Positions 36,105 to 50,420 are shown, counted from the first letter of the whole stretch. The stretch is 61,774 bases of DNA, filler included, from Sphacelaria rigidula (GCA_964200075.2; 9 parts of 9 records of this genome joined end to end with filler, not necessarily neighbours in it); one strand, 5' to 3'. A program made the numbers and translations. The notes: generated by a model not told the origin, from the letters alone.

Positions 36105-39100
36105 TGGGTGGGTGAAGCGGAGAGGAAAGTGCGGCTTCTCTTTCTCGACGCGGAGCTGGAACACGAAAGGTCAGTCCGCCTTACCCTCCCGCATGTCACA
36201 CACACTGTAACAACCCGCTCACGCTCGGTGTTGAGGGTCCAAAACTTCACCACCCCAGACTTTGTCTGAAAGTGTTATTGTCAGGAGGATGGTGAAGGAA
36301 TACAGCGGAACTTGACACAGTATACTGTTGGTACCAAAATGGTACCAAAACAGAAATGGAAATTGTTGCCATCAAGGGGTCTCAAGTCACGGGTCGGTAT
36401 TCAGCGTGATATTTTACACTGCGTGTCACGTGTGGTACGGAGTCTTGAGTTTCGAACGAAAACATCGGAAATGGAGAGAAATTTCATAGCCAAGCGTGAG
36501 CAGGGGGGGGACGGTTTTGTGTGTTCTACGATTGATTTCTCCCCGCTCACTTTCCTACCGTGAATTGTGATTCTTATGCGCGAGAACTAGACTTGATGAG
36601 TGTTTTCGTATTGGTCGTTAATAAGTGGAACCAGGTTTTATTCGCGGACAACATTCAACACTCACTCTTTTTCGTCTCCCGCACAAGTTCGTCATCATGC
36701 CACGCTTTGAAAACGCGAGCTCTTGGAAGCACGCTGCGAGAATATGTACACGGTGGAGATTGAAGACACACTTGATGTGATTGAAAATATGGAGATTTGC
36801 AGCCGTCCTGTGGTGTACATCTCGCATTTCGAAAAATAACTGCTGTCTTCGTGGGGATTGAAACGAACAGAGCACGCAAAAACAGGACGTTGGTTCTAGC
36901 GGTATTTGCAGAACCGCACTCCCAGAACCGACGCGCGGAACCGTTTTCGCTTTCTGAAGGCCCAAGAGCTGGAAGAATAATTTTGCTGTCGGTTTTTGTC
37001 AACTCGCAACCCTTTCAGGATTTATGTGTAATGAAGACGGGCAACCCATTATGGTGGCGATACCTCGCTGTGGACTGGATCTTGCATAGCTTGCAAAGAA
37101 CTCTGCCGATACTGGGTCGCGTCGTAGGTGCTGCGTTCCTCTCAGTAGGATAGTACCGTTTGAATTGCACTTTACTTGAGTCGGGGGTGGTCGGTACAAC
37201 GCTAGTGCTACTAAAGAATAGGAGGTCGCAAGATTGGGCGAGAAATCCATGGAGTACAGTTTATATTCCGATGGAAATCCAATCCTTTCGGGAAAGTTAT
37301 CGAGTTGTTGGTGATTTGGTTTCTCGGGGAGTTTTGACCCGATTGTACCAGTCTGTGGGGTTACTTTTTGCTGTCGTACGTTTGCATATTGTACGTGTCC
37401 GTGGGGTCATCTTCCCCATCGCTCGTTGTATGTTGTACTTATATGTGGGGTCATTTTCCGTTATCGTTTGTTGCATGTATAAACATGCACTCGTCATACT
37501 TTCAACCCCCCACACACACACACACTCCCTCCATGCGCAAATGGTGAGACACCCATGAGGAAGTGTGTAACCCGAGGCTGTCGCTGGAAGTGGCGATACC
37601 AGAAAATAGAGCAACTCATTGTAGGCTGTCATCCATAAGCGAGATAATCAGTAGGTTTCGAGCCAAACAATCTCAGCAGGATGCAGTTCACCCGTCATGC
37701 GACTCGCCGAACACATCACCGCGCTTCCGCGCTTGGTCATAGATTGCAAGCCTGGTCCGGCGGAAACCCGGTACGCTCCGTCCCGACTTTGGAGGGACGC
37801 GAGGCCCAAGGCCTTGCTTACGACTACGGCACGTAAGATCATGAGTACACCCCCCTATGCATGATCAGGAGTAGACCACCGCTCGGCCCCCCTCCCCCCC
37901 CCTCCCTCCTCGGGACGGGTTCGTTGTCTCAGGGAAAGGCCCTGCTTTCCCCCCCGGCATACGCCTTGCAATTTGGTATGGGGGATTGGATCATGACCAT
38001 CAGCACTCCCGCACCGCGTCGACTCTCGTCAGACAAGCATTCGTTGTTACTGGTGTTCTGTCGTTTTCCACTAACAGAGATCGGATACGTTACAGGAGGG
38101 GAAACGCATTTGCCGGGATTACAAGTCTCTGTCTTACGCCTTACCAGATTTGTGTTGTACAGGTTGGACTACCGCGGCACGGCGACTGATGCACGGGCGT
38201 CGATATTCCTCACCCTGAACAACAGATAAAACTTGTAAAAAAGTGTACTACGTACATTATCGACTATTGAGTCTATTGCACTAGATGCAATAGTCGATAC
38301 TGTACGTGGTACACTCTTTGACGATGTGATCCATCGTCCAGGGTGTGAACTACTTCCGGAGTAAACGACCACTCCGTACTTGTTTTCGTGGTTCAGTGAA
38401 GAACTCGGGGATTTTTATCCACACGCTTACTTCCTTCTGCTGGTGGATTTGGTGTTCCCCCGCGGTCAGTTGAAGCTCAAGTTTGTGGACATCGGCGAGG
38501 CACTCGTTGTTGTCGTTCGATAGAATACGAAGTACGTGCCTCCATCGTTTCGTAGTTTGATTTTTTCACTTCTTGCTTCTTTTTTTTTGTGCTTGTTTTT
38601 GTTCGGTCCCTGTTGTGTATGTGGTCATTTTGAGCCACTGATTCTTGCGTGGGTATTATTGCTGAGATCGAACACGGCAGATGTTGTACCTTTTGTTTTT
38701 TCGGTGGAAAATTTGACTCACCAGCAAAAATCTCGATGGTTGTTGTCATTTATATATTTTTCCTCGAGTTTGTCCGATTTCATTTATTGTACCTGTTCGT
38801 GCGGTCATCTTGAGCCTCCCTTTGTGCCATGGGTGTTACTATTTGAGGTAAAAACGTCCACTTCGTAGTTTTCAACGGACGGAATATGGCGAATAACTCG
38901 GATGCTTTCATTTTGTTTTTGATCCGATTACGCCAGCACAGTAAGTGAGTAGCTAGCACAACACGTGCGTTTGTTGAAGCAGCTGCAACCCTCAGCCTCC
39001 CGACAATACCGCCCCTACTTTCATTGACTCCGTGTGCATCTCATCTCATAGCACGGGTCTGATCGAAATCTCTCTCGCTTTTTGAAAACGCGGCGCATGA

Positions 39101-39837
39101 AGACAGCGAAAATTGCGGTAGAAGTTGAACTCTACGCATTTTGTTCCACCTCCGTTAGATGTACACAACAACCAACTACACAAGTGCTCAAATGCAGGCA
39201 AACAATATCCAGGTCGGTTAAATTGACCTAGATGGCCGGCCACACACGGGCAATTTGTCGGCAACCAGTTGAGCAAGCATTGATCCAAATGAAAGCAGTC
39301 ATTCAACCTCGGTTCGTGCTTTTTTTTTTTCTCCCGTAGATCATGTCTGCCCCAAATATTCCGTGCTATTATTATTGTTATTATTTCCGTCACATTGGCT
39401 CGATTTCTCGAACCCGTGGACCCCGAGTGCAAGAACCATACCATCTATACCCATGAATCAAATAGCCAACAAACAGAGGAAGGCGAGGGACAGAACATCT
39501 TCAGGAAAGAAAGGCATCTACACTGCGGAAGATTTGTAAAAGCCCGATTGAACTACAGGAGACGTACTTTTTTTCTTCTTGTCGCACTTTGAACCCCTCC
39601 CCTTCCTCGGGCTGAGTCCGTGACCTCAAGGGATCAACCCATCTCTCCCCGGTACTGGAAGCTAAAGACGTCCCGGTGTGCGACCTCCCCGGCTACCTCA
39701 GGTGCGTGCAAATGGGAGAAGATCCAGGCGCGCTTCCCCTGAATCTGATATGCTTCGATGAGATCGATGCTCTCTGCCGGAGCCGGGGAGCTCTGTCTGG
39801 GGATACGTCTGGCGTGCGAGATAGCGTCGTGAACCAG
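36105..39837 (+). CDS. NSF/Sec18-like AAA ATPase, two internal exons (36105-36169, 39702-39837)
   Basis: Spliced WVGEAERKVRLLFLDAELEHERCVQMGEDPGALPLNLICFDEIDALCRSRGALSGDTSGVRDSVVNQ resembles the NSF D1 segment around Walker B (YVGESE.NIRKLF.DAE...IIFDEIDAICK.RGS...GVHDTVVNQ); 3.5-kb GT-AG intron in phase; next donor appears to be GC. Confidence 0.85.
37900..38183 (-). mobile_element. tRNA-derived SINE in the NSF-like intron; a tail fragment also lies at 39595-39670
   Basis: Core GGATTGGATCATGACCATCAGCACTCCCGCACCGCGTCGACT nearly identical to that at ~11876-11918. Confidence 0.75.
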
Positions 39838-41256
39838 GCGAGTATACGATTGGTTCTTGTACACGGCTGTGGGGGTTGTGGAACAAGCCGACGTGGTCAT
39901 GGCCGATCAAACTAGAACCAGTTCCGATGGCTGCTGCCACTTCACCCTGAAGTTCGCTGGAAACATAAACTTACGCTATGAACTTACGTTAGCGTACATG
40001 TACGAATAAGACAAGAAAGTGAGAATAAATTTGATATCCGACAAGTGGACGTGTGGCTTGATGTGTGCGTGTGTCGAGGAGCGATGTCTGGGGTGTCGGA
40101 ATGAGTGCTGTCAACCAGGCAAGTTGGTGAGCTGCTGCGTGGTGTCAAATACACGGAACGTTTGCGTACATGTTCGGATATAATAATGGGTATGGACTAT
40201 TCTGAAGTTTTTGCCGGGGAACGGTCTGGGCTTTTCGGAAAGTGTTGTTGACCAGGCGAGTGGTGGGCTTGATCTCCTCTCGCGCACGTCAAGTCACACA
40301 AAAAATGAAACTGAAAATGGATCTGCAGCTCAAGTAGTCCTTTTGAGATACTTTGTTTTTTCGTGCTTTGTCGTTCTTCGTTACTTTTTCTCATCATGTG
40401 CGACGCAGGGCATTTGATTTTCATGGGAACCGCTTGGCTTCATTGTTTTCAATTATCTTTTTCGTTCTCCTTCCCGACAACAAATACGCGAACAATCACT
40501 TCATAACGACTTTCATGCCGGATCACTCGTGACAAACGTTTTCCGTGTACAATGCGATGACGAGCGGCTTTCCACAACAGTCGAGCTGCGCGTTTCTTTC
40601 TTGTTTTCCCCGCAGCCGCTAGAAAAATTTCAACGCCTGTTGCATAAACAACTGGTGCATTCATTTTCGGGGCTGAGTTCGCAGAATGATGAGAAGCAAG
40701 GCGCAAATCGCCACTGTGTGGTTGTTGACAACATGCAATCATTATGTAAGCACCGGGAAAGTTTGATTCATTCGTTGTCTCACATACCAGTACCGGAAAC
40801 GGGACGGGGTAAAAATCCTTTGGGACAAAAAAGTTGTCCTGAGGAAAAGGCAGGGGGAAGGGGGCGAGAGGGTACTTATGATCATGCATACCGTAGTCAT
40901 GAGACCATTGACCTCGCACCCCTACATAGCCGGGACGGAGCGCGCCGGTTTTCCACCGGACCAGGCTCGCACTCAGTCACCAAGCGCGAAGCGCCGTGGT
41001 GTGTTCGGCGAGTCGCGTAAAGTGTGAGCTGCATCCTGCTAAGATTGTTTGGCCCCAAGCCTACGGATCATCTTGCACTAGGATGATAGCCTCTATTGCG
41101 TTGCTTTATTTTCTGGTATCGCCACTTCCTGAGACAGCCACGTCTTATACANNNNNNNNNNNNNNNNNNNNNNNNNNNNNNNNNNNNNNNNNNNNTTAAT
41201 TAATTAANNNNNNNNNNNNNNNNNNNNNNNNNNNNNNNNNNNNNNNNNNNNCTCCG

Positions 41257-41312
41257 TTCTGTACCGCCTTCCGGGGGTCCCAGTATGAAGACCCCCGGAA
41301 GGCGGTACAGAA
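41257..41312. repeat. Perfect 23-bp hairpin at the start of a contig
   Basis: TTCTGTACCGCCTTCCGGGGGTC-CCAGTATGAA-GACCCCCGGAAGGCGGTACAGAA. Confidence 0.95.
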
Positions 41313-44300
41313 TGCCCCAAAAGAAAAATAATGAAATGATGCGTCCCGGGAGAGTCCAGGGAACACACGTACAAAGTTTGGTGGAGAAACTCGAAAACCT
41401 CATACACTTTGTTTTGCCTTGACATCAAATTCACCCCAAAAGACGTTTCAATACTAGAATCAAGTAGTTGGGAGTTGCACGTCTCAAGCCCATGTCCTCC
41501 ACAAACGCGCAAACTTTTACGCTGTCATTAGGGGTTAGATCCTGAAACTACGCATAAATATGCAAAGTATAATTATGCAACTTTCTACGGACAATGGGTT
41601 TTTTACTTGTCGAGGTTTTCACCGTTTTTCGGGGGTCCGACGGGATTGAAGTCATTTTTCGAAGTAGCCTCCATCCATTCTGGGACGCCAGAAAAACGGC
41701 ACTACGATATTGTTCTTCATTTTTTCGCGAATTATCTGCCTCCGCATAGCCCAAGGATGGGCCCCATAACTGTTCGTCGCAAAACTCGATCAACTGATGC
41801 TTGGATTTCCTTGTTCACGTCAAAGAAGGCCCAAAAAGGCCGTTTTTGGTACTAAAATCAAGTCGTTTGCGGTTTCACCGCGACACGGCTAAGTTCATCG
41901 CACAAAAGCAAAAAACCTCACGCCGTTCTAGCGAGTTAGACCCTGAAACTTTGTACAACTGTGCTTTGGTTCATTACGCAACTTTGGATGAACGGGATTT
42001 TTATTTTTGTGACAGTTTACGGGGTCCGATTGGGTCGAGGTTTCCCCCCCAAAACTGGGACCCCGGAAAAACGGTACAAAAGTCAAGAAGTGAAGAAAAA
42101 AACGACCTTCGAAAGTTGCGTAATTACTCATACAACATTCGTGCAACAATTTCAGGGTCTAAATCCTTAAAACGGCGTGAGGTTTTGCCGATGAGTGTTT
42201 TTCAGGTGATCAAAGTGAACCAGCCAGCATTCATTGTCCAGACCAAATTTCAGGGTTAAACGCTGAATATTGGCCTGTGAATGGGCCTACAAAAGGTGGG
42301 ATTCAAGCCATGGTGACTGCTGTGTCGACAGCATTTGCTCACATATTGCTAAAATCTCCGAACGTACGTGGCGCAATGTTTCGTCCAACATACATCGGTT
42401 TCGTTGGCGCTTTTCAGGCAACGAGTTTTATTATGTTGAACCGGTAATGTTCAGATGATGAAGGGAATCTACGATACTTGTCTCGTCAAGTAAGTGGGTT
42501 ATTTTCATCATGATAGGTTTCCTAGAAAGAGTTCGTCAAAGCCGCTGAGAAGTAAATACCCAAGGTGATCACGTACCAGCGGCATTCATGTGCTCATCAG
42601 TGTGTGATCGGTACGTGGCGACTGCTGTCCTCAACCCCTCGCTGGCAGCCATGGCTTGAGGGAGCACGCAGGTGTAGTACAGTGAACTCTGCCATTGCCT
42701 CATCACTCAGTCGTCGCGACGGTGCCGTTCCTGATGTATTACTCGCTTGTGGTGTGTGACAGCAAGAGCTCCGGGGAGGCCGGAGACTAGACGATGCACT
42801 TCAAGTCTGGGTCGAGATAAGAAATTTGTTCATTTGTTTGCCTCGCCATCTAACCCTTCCCATTCCTCGGGAAGGTCGGGACGAGTCAGTGGTGTTGAAG
42901 GAACGATGCGTCTCCCCCCGAGTACGTAGATCGTAAATTGGATACTAAGATCCAGTCATTTCCGCCACTAAAGATTTGAGCTGCGGCTCTCACGGTGAGA
43001 AGTGCAGAGAGGCATAAGTTACTGGGCCGGATAACCTAGAGAGTGGAACGGACCAAACCGAATGAATTTGATCTTTGCCGGCTTGGTCACTCGTCTACCG
43101 CAGAACTGATTAGTTCGATACCAACCAAAGAAAGAAACAACAACATACAGCTGTACACCCTGCTAACGCGGTGGGTTGTATAAGAGCCACAGATCCTATG
43201 GAGACGGTACAACGTGAATGCTCGATTGGATGCCTTCATTTGCTTAATCCTACATCTTCGCCACAGACAGTACAAGGAAACATTAACAAGAGAACTCAGA
43301 ATATAGCACCCGTCAGCTTCAAGGAATGCCCAACTGTACACTACGGCAGTGCCGCCACTCCACTCGACAATAGCGGCATAGTCCTACGCAGTTCTCGTAC
43401 CCTATCTGCTTCTATGCGTGTCTATTCCGAGTTCATTCCATAACCATCGGGGTCACAATTGACTCACTCACAACGCGAAGGTGATTAAATCGCTACAGTG
43501 CAGGTCGGGCATGGGCATGCCAAGAAGCCATGGTCTCCCGCCGTAGGGCACCAAAGGCTTCAAATACCGCGGAAAGCACAATAACTTGATTCGACCACGA
43601 ATTTACCGCGTGTCTTGTACCACAGCGATGCTGCGATATTCATCTCCTGCACGGGCAATCACGGACCGGCGTGGAATGTAGTGGTATGACTACCAAAGTA
43701 CTCGATGATACTGTTCTTTTGGCATGTGTCGACATGGAGCAGCGCGCTGTGTTGAGCTGGCAGAGATGTGAAGCATGTCTTTCAGTCGCAAATGCTGCCA
43801 TTATCGACATGCATGAAGCAATGGAGGGTCGCGCAGGATGACATGGGCCTCGAAGTCCACCCACTCTCGCAGTTGTGGGGAGTGAGGCCCCCCGGTGTGC
43901 ATGCTGAGGCTGCATGTGTTTTTGGTCGACTTTGCCTGTGTGCCTTGTCAATTTTGTCAACTTCGTAGGTAGGATTGTTGGGCTACCGGGGCTTAGCGTG
44001 TCCGTCCTTGCGTTGCGAGGATATCTCAGTATGGGTATACAAATAGTTTAGCGTCTACGAAGTTTCTGTTCAATATTGGCGCACCACCCATGTGCAAAAG
44101 ATGATGTCACGAGATACATCACGCATGTACTAACCAACCGCCACAGGTTCATGATATATCTGCACAGGACTCACGGACGGGATGATCGAAGAAGAGCACC
44201 CAGAGCCCCTCGAATACGATCCATTTTCAAGATCTTTACCAGGGTCTTTGAAGGTCACTTAAAGTACGACGAAAACGCCGAGTCGGAATGACAACACGCC

Positions 44301-47300
44301 GCAGAGTCAGAGAATGTTGTAGCAGTCAGACATGACCCCCCTTATTACATGTTTGTATCGTGTTCGGGTCTACCCATTCCAGTACTTCACTCAAATTCAG
44401 TCACAAAACTACTTCTGTCTCAACAACACCGAGGGAACACAAGCCCCCTCTCCCTTCCTGTGCGCCGCGCAGTATTACATTCGAAGATGGGGTATGCGTA
44501 CAGTCCGGCCGCCCGGAGGCAACCGAAGGTGTTGACTAGCCATAGGGGAAACGGTAAATATCTATGCTGGTTGGTATTATTTACAAACTGTATCACACAT
44601 CCAGCATAATAACGACAACGCCCACGACCAACATGGTAGGTGCAGTAGTACTAATGACAACTACGATTGGATATTGGTCTGTCCCAGGTGCTGTGGGGCA
44701 TGTGACGCACAGCAGGGTGAGTAATCAAACCTTTCAGCGGCGGGCCTCGTTTCGGAATAATATTTCGGCTGATAGTCCCCCGGGATATGTGGAACCATAT
44801 ACTTGAGATTTAAACAACGTACAGTACAGATAGTACGGTGCTGTTGTGCCTGCGTTGGATGTCGAAATGGTGGTCTGTTTCTTGTCACAGCACTCCAGCG
44901 GTCTGCCGACTTTAGATACCGCTACCGTCGTGCATGCGGCGGCGCAAAAGAGATGAGGAGTGATATCGACCCCAGCCGTTGCTTGCCTGTGTTTTACTTG
45001 GGCGACGTGTTGTGGAACGAGACGTCGACAGCGACCCACTGAGGGGCGCCTGTGCAGAATACAGGACACGACACGACGTGGTGTTCTTCGTTATCGCTCC
45101 TATCTACTCCTAGTTGCGCTAGGGACTGTCACCAAGCACTTGCCCACGAGCCTGCGGCTGCACTGCTATCAGTCAGGGTCAACCGGGCAAATGTGGAGCT
45201 GGATGCACGTGACGGATCTGTGCGCGATTCCTGCGTAACCGCCGGGGTCAAGACGGGATATTCAGATAACAAGTAGGATGTTATTTTGTGATTCTTGTAC
45301 TTTATAGTTTATTTCCATATCACCCACTCACTCCCGATAACACTCCATTCCGCAGAAATCCGGCGTCCCGAACCCTTCACTTGCATGATATCACGGGGAA
45401 TCGGCTGTTTCTCACTTTTTTTTCAGGTATCGATCTAGGGTCCAGCTGAGGGATCCTTAGTCAAGAGCTCATTCCCATCCATCGCGACAGTCGAAGTTAA
45501 TCATCTAGTGGTCGAACCACCCTCTCCCATGGTCACCAAGAGAACTGAAACACGAAATCTCCTCATGTTTTTAGCAGCTCGCGCACCGGCGATCCCTGAG
45601 TGGTGAAGGCATTGTTCACTTGCGTAGGCTGGTCGACGAACACGAAAAAAAACGTTTCTATCGTGGCTTCTCAGCATTGTGAACAGCCGGCGAGGGGATG
45701 GGGACGGCCGCGGCGGGCTGGCTTGCGACTGGTAGGCCCCGTTGCCCTGGCTCCGACTGATCGGCCGCTCTGTTTACGATTCTGGACCACGGTAGCCAGA
45801 AACAAGGTGACCGTGGTGCGTCTTGTGTTATTCTGCGAGACCGCGCATTGCTGTGCTGTACCCGCACACTGTCTCCACCAAAACAACAGGTCATAGCCCG
45901 GACCTGCAACCCTTACACACGACTCCCCTGTTCCCTTCACGCCGCGGCAATGACTTAACCGGCCGGTAGTAGCGGGACGGTCAGACCCAAAACCGAAATA
46001 CTGGAGGCAAGACATTCATCCATCGACAAGGACAAGCTGATATGTGAAGAGCTTCACACTATAGCGTGTTATGGAGCACGCGGCATGCACAAGTGAAGCG
46101 CAGTCAAGGTTGTATGAAGGTACGGACCAGGGCCATCAAGAGAACAACGATTCGACGTATGCAGACGACTTGTATTAGAGCGCAGTCATTGTCTGGGACT
46201 GAATTAGTCGGAATCGGTCACTTTTCCTAGCAGACCATACCGTTCTGTCCTGCACTGTACCCGTCTGTCTGTGGAACACACCGCATCTGATGAAACAACA
46301 AATGACGACGTATATCACCCCCTCTGTCGGCATGAGTTCTTGATCGTCCTCTATCTAGAGAACGCGGGCCCTACATTTCTCTGCCCACTCTCACTATCAA
46401 ACGAGATCGACAAATATCGTCAAGGCCCCATCCCTCCATGAAATCGCCACAGCAGGCCTTTAGTCACGAGAAACCGAGCAGTTTATCGCATGCGGGTGTT
46501 ATGGTCCGCCACCCACTACACTATAATACCTCACAAGGAGGAGCTACGATTTGCCTCACCCACGTACGTAGCGCGTCCAGATGGGACAGCCACGTGAATT
46601 CCCCGTGATCTTCACAGATTTTCACGCTAGTATCAGGTATCTCTCTCCTACAGCCCCCAGCCGATATCCTCCGCTTCGGCTGCGCGGTGGGTGGAGTGTC
46701 GTTTTTGACACAATTTGATGCGGAGATTGTGCACAGTGTTGCGCCCGGGGTTAGTGTCACGTTTCCCACCACCACCCCTAAAATGAGGACGCGACGGAAT
46801 TCAAAGAAGTGTAGAGAGGTTTATATTGCATTGAAAGCGATACACAGCTGTAGTATGTACCTGAAAATACCTTCTCATCGCAGCCTGGCTCAATGCAACC
46901 CAGTACAGCTCACAAACCGGCGATGGATACCCCCGAACAAGTTGTTACTATTTGTACAAGTAAAAACGTCATTTTCCAACATGCCCGTCCTTCACGCGAT
47001 CGAAGATTACTCGCTACTGACGATCATCAAAGAGCCGAAACTTCACAGGCAGATACAACTAACGCCTAGCGGTCGTTCAAGCCTTAGTGAGCTCCGATTT
47101 CGTGTCGAAACAGTGCAATATCTGCATAGATTATCCTCACTTCATCTCTACTTCTAATTTTGCGACACGGAAGTTGGCGGCCATGAAAAAAAAGACTGGT
47201 AGGTCACGTGTTCCCTACACAGAGCAGTTTGATTTGTGTCAACAGCTGCCGTGTGCGTCGAGATACTGCCATCTCAGTGAGGGGTGTCACAGTACAACAT

Positions 47301-47868
47301 GTGAGGTGCGGCATAAAACCCATCGGATCATACGAAGGTGGTCTCCAAATCGAGCAGGTAGTTATTGCGCCGCGTGTTTGTAGCGTGGGGAATATCGCTT
47401 CCCGCACCCATACATACAACAATCAACCTTGCCCGTCAGTATGAAGGACGTTACAAACATGTGCTTGCCACACACGTCGTCACTGGGGTGCCTGAGGGTG
47501 GCATTTTGGACCCTCCAGGCGCTCCGCAAGGTAGGCTGCCGTGGAGGGTCAGAAAGTTGATCTTGCCAGGGTGTAGGTTGGAATCCATTACAGGTCACAG
47601 GCACGCTCAAGGCAAGTGTACCATCGTGGTGACCGCTGGGATGCCTGGAACGTGCCTGGATAGATGTTCCACACGTTCTTCAACGTACCTTGCTGGGCAA
47701 GGTCGGGAACGTGACGTTGGTGGACGTTGCGACACGTTGCCAGGGTATACGTTGGGACACGTTGCCAGGGTATACGTTGGGACCCATTACAGGTTGCAAG
47801 CACGTTAAAGGCAGTTGTACAAGTTTCAGGCGCGACTGGTTTTTCAACCTAAAAAATATCAGGGGCGG

Positions 47869-47944
47869 GGGGGGGGGGCGTACTCATTTGTTGCTTGCCT
47901 TAGTCGTTCGATCATTGACCACACACCCCTTTCGAGACGGAGCA
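47869..47944 (-). mobile_element. Extreme 3' end of the LINE family at 27950-31997 (another stub at 20627-20678)
   Basis: Reverse complement TGCTCCGTCTCGAAAGGGG...AGGCAAGCAACAAATGAGTACGCCCCCCCC matches ~31928-31997. Confidence 0.8.
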
Positions 47945-49289
47945 GGGGCGAGCGGGGGCGGGCGGGGGCGGGGGGGGGGGGGACCCATAACCTTGACTGC
48001 TGTGGGGGGAGGGGCGGGTGGGGGGGNNNNNNNNNNNNNNNNNNNNNNNNNNNNNNNNNNNNNNNNNNNNTTAATTAATTAANNNNNNNNNNNNNNNNNN
48101 NNNNNNNNNNNNNNNNNNNNNNNNNNATATCGAAAACCAAGTTTGAAGCAACTGAACAATGTATTATCCAACTACGGTACCGCGAAGGAACAAGGTAGTA
48201 TCCAACTACGGTACAGGGTGCGTCAAGAAGTCAACCTGGTGAATAGCAAACCACACGATCGATTACCAGTGTGGGATAAAATGGGGATCCTATTTAGTGG
48301 CACCAAGGCAATGACCCTGCTACCAGAATGCTATGAAAAGGTACCCGATATTAGCTAAACCAAACCGAATTGCAGACACTCCACGCAGGAACATACCGTC
48401 ATTGGCAAACCGTTCAGTGTTTCCTGCGTGTCCTCTCCAACGCAATGGCGTTTAGCGCCGGTTCCCTCATCGGGATGCGATACACCCAGGACAAGAGTGT
48501 GGGCGAAACAAGGGCGGAAGTAATTCAGGGCGTGGTTAGTATACGTTGGAAGTCTTGGGGTACATGAAAATATGGCTCGGTTTTATACCACGTGACGCAG
48601 ATCGAAATGTCGTGTGCCGGGCGGTAAATTCGGCGGTTCGGCCTTGCGAACCAGATAGATGAAAGCGATTACCAGCGGAATCCTGCCCAAGCATGATGAG
48701 TACAGGCAGCGCAACAGTCAAGGCCCTGCAGATAGCCTGCACTCGCACGGTCAAAGAAAAACATCGCGAGCGCCGAACACAATACAAAATTACCAGAACA
48801 TGAACTGAAAAATAGTGCAGCGCAAAATTATCCAGCACTCAAAATACAATCGAGGGACTCAAAAGACAGATATGGTAGACGCGACACCCGGAGATGCAGA
48901 CAATATGAGTATGTAAAATGAGAGAAAAGTAAACAAGATCGAAGTAAAATGGAAGCTTTACTGCATGCGGCTTCCACAAATCCTCATGGACACAATAAAA
49001 GTGCAACCCCAGAAACAAAGTACATACTGATCATGGTGGGTTGTTCTGCAATAGAACTAACGGGATAATATAGAGGATGTCTAGAACACGATTATTGCTG
49101 GTAAGGTACAGCGATGATGTTATGGCTGACCAGGTGTAGATCAGGCGAAGGTGATACAATGCACGCGACAAATGACTAAACAAAAAACTGTGCGATCAGA
49201 TCGAAGCAAGGTTCATAAAGAACATGAGAGAGGAAAATGCACGTGCACATGACAGCATGCAATGTGATCGCGAGTGAGAAAAGTACAGC

Positions 49290-50420
49290 CGGCAGTAGGC
49301 GGTAGAGGCAAAAACACAACAAGCGGGACAATAACAGCCAACCAGGGTAGCAGAAAGCACGGTGGAAACAGCAGCAGCAGCAGCAACAACATACAACAAC
49401 AACACGGCTGCACAGCTTCCGCAGCTGTCTGGAGCCTGACGTCCCGAAACGCCCCGACTCCATTGTTGTCGAGAAGGATCGGTCCTCAAAGGTTGGTCAT
49501 CAAAGGATTGTCGTCAATCAAAGCAACCGCAGTAATGAACAGTACGGGCAGCAGCGGGTTCAAAACGAATTTCTAAATTACCGACCACCCCGTACACACA
49601 ATTAGTAACATGTGTGATCCCGACCAATAGGGATGATGGTGACGCGATGCAGGGAAAGCCACTTGAGTGTGCGGGTAGGCCACAACGGCGAACAACATCT
49701 CATCACCACGAAGAGGTGCATTTCAGGGGAACAGATGCGGGGGGAACTCGGTGTAACAATTGAGGCACTTATGCTATTGACAATCGTTTATCGGTGAAAG
49801 CTCATGCGGTCAAAGTGGGGCACAGTACAGGCAGCAGAGTGGGAAACTACGCGAGTGGGAAACTACGCGTGACTTGACATGCAGGAGTAAGAGGCATTAC
49901 GCGCACATGAGGGCTAAGCAGGCAGTGCGATAGCCAGCAGGGTACAAGTACCCATGGGGGGTAAAGGCAGAAATCGCAACGCCTCAGGCGGGACAGTAAC
50001 CGCAGAGCAGAAAAACAAGATCGGGACAGTAGCCGCCGAGCAGCAGAACAAAATTGCATAGTTCTTTAGGCGGAACAGTAACCACACAGCAGGGTAACTG
50101 ACAGCACAGCGGAAACAGCCGCAGCAACTGCAACATGAAAGTTTATAGTAGCAATAAAAGTGACAGCAACACAGCAAAGCAGCAGCGACAGCAGCGGTCG
50201 TAACAACAGCAGACGATAACAGGCAGAAGCAACGCCACCAACAACAACGACAACAGCGATAACAAGAGCGATAGACGGTAGCAGCAGCACCCTAACAAAG
50301 ACAAAGGACACCAACGAACCGCAGCAAACAAACAACGAACAGCCACAGCAACGGATAACAACAACGCGGCTGGACAGCTTCCGGAGCTGTCTGGAACTTG
50401 ATGTCCCAAAACACCCCGAC
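49290..50420. repeat. Two diverged direct copies of a CAG/CAA-rich repeat (~49290-49460 and ~49960-50420), possibly LTR-derived
   Basis: ACAACAAC.CGGCTG.ACAGCTTCCG.AGCTGTCTGGA.C.TGA.GTCCC.AAAC.CCCCGAC at ~49395 and ~50358. Confidence 0.65.

Noticed and set aside
44800..45280. TET/JBP or other 2OG-oxygenase cargo of a KDZ transposon
   Set aside because: No HxD...H...R motif set and no KDZ catalytic motifs could be found.
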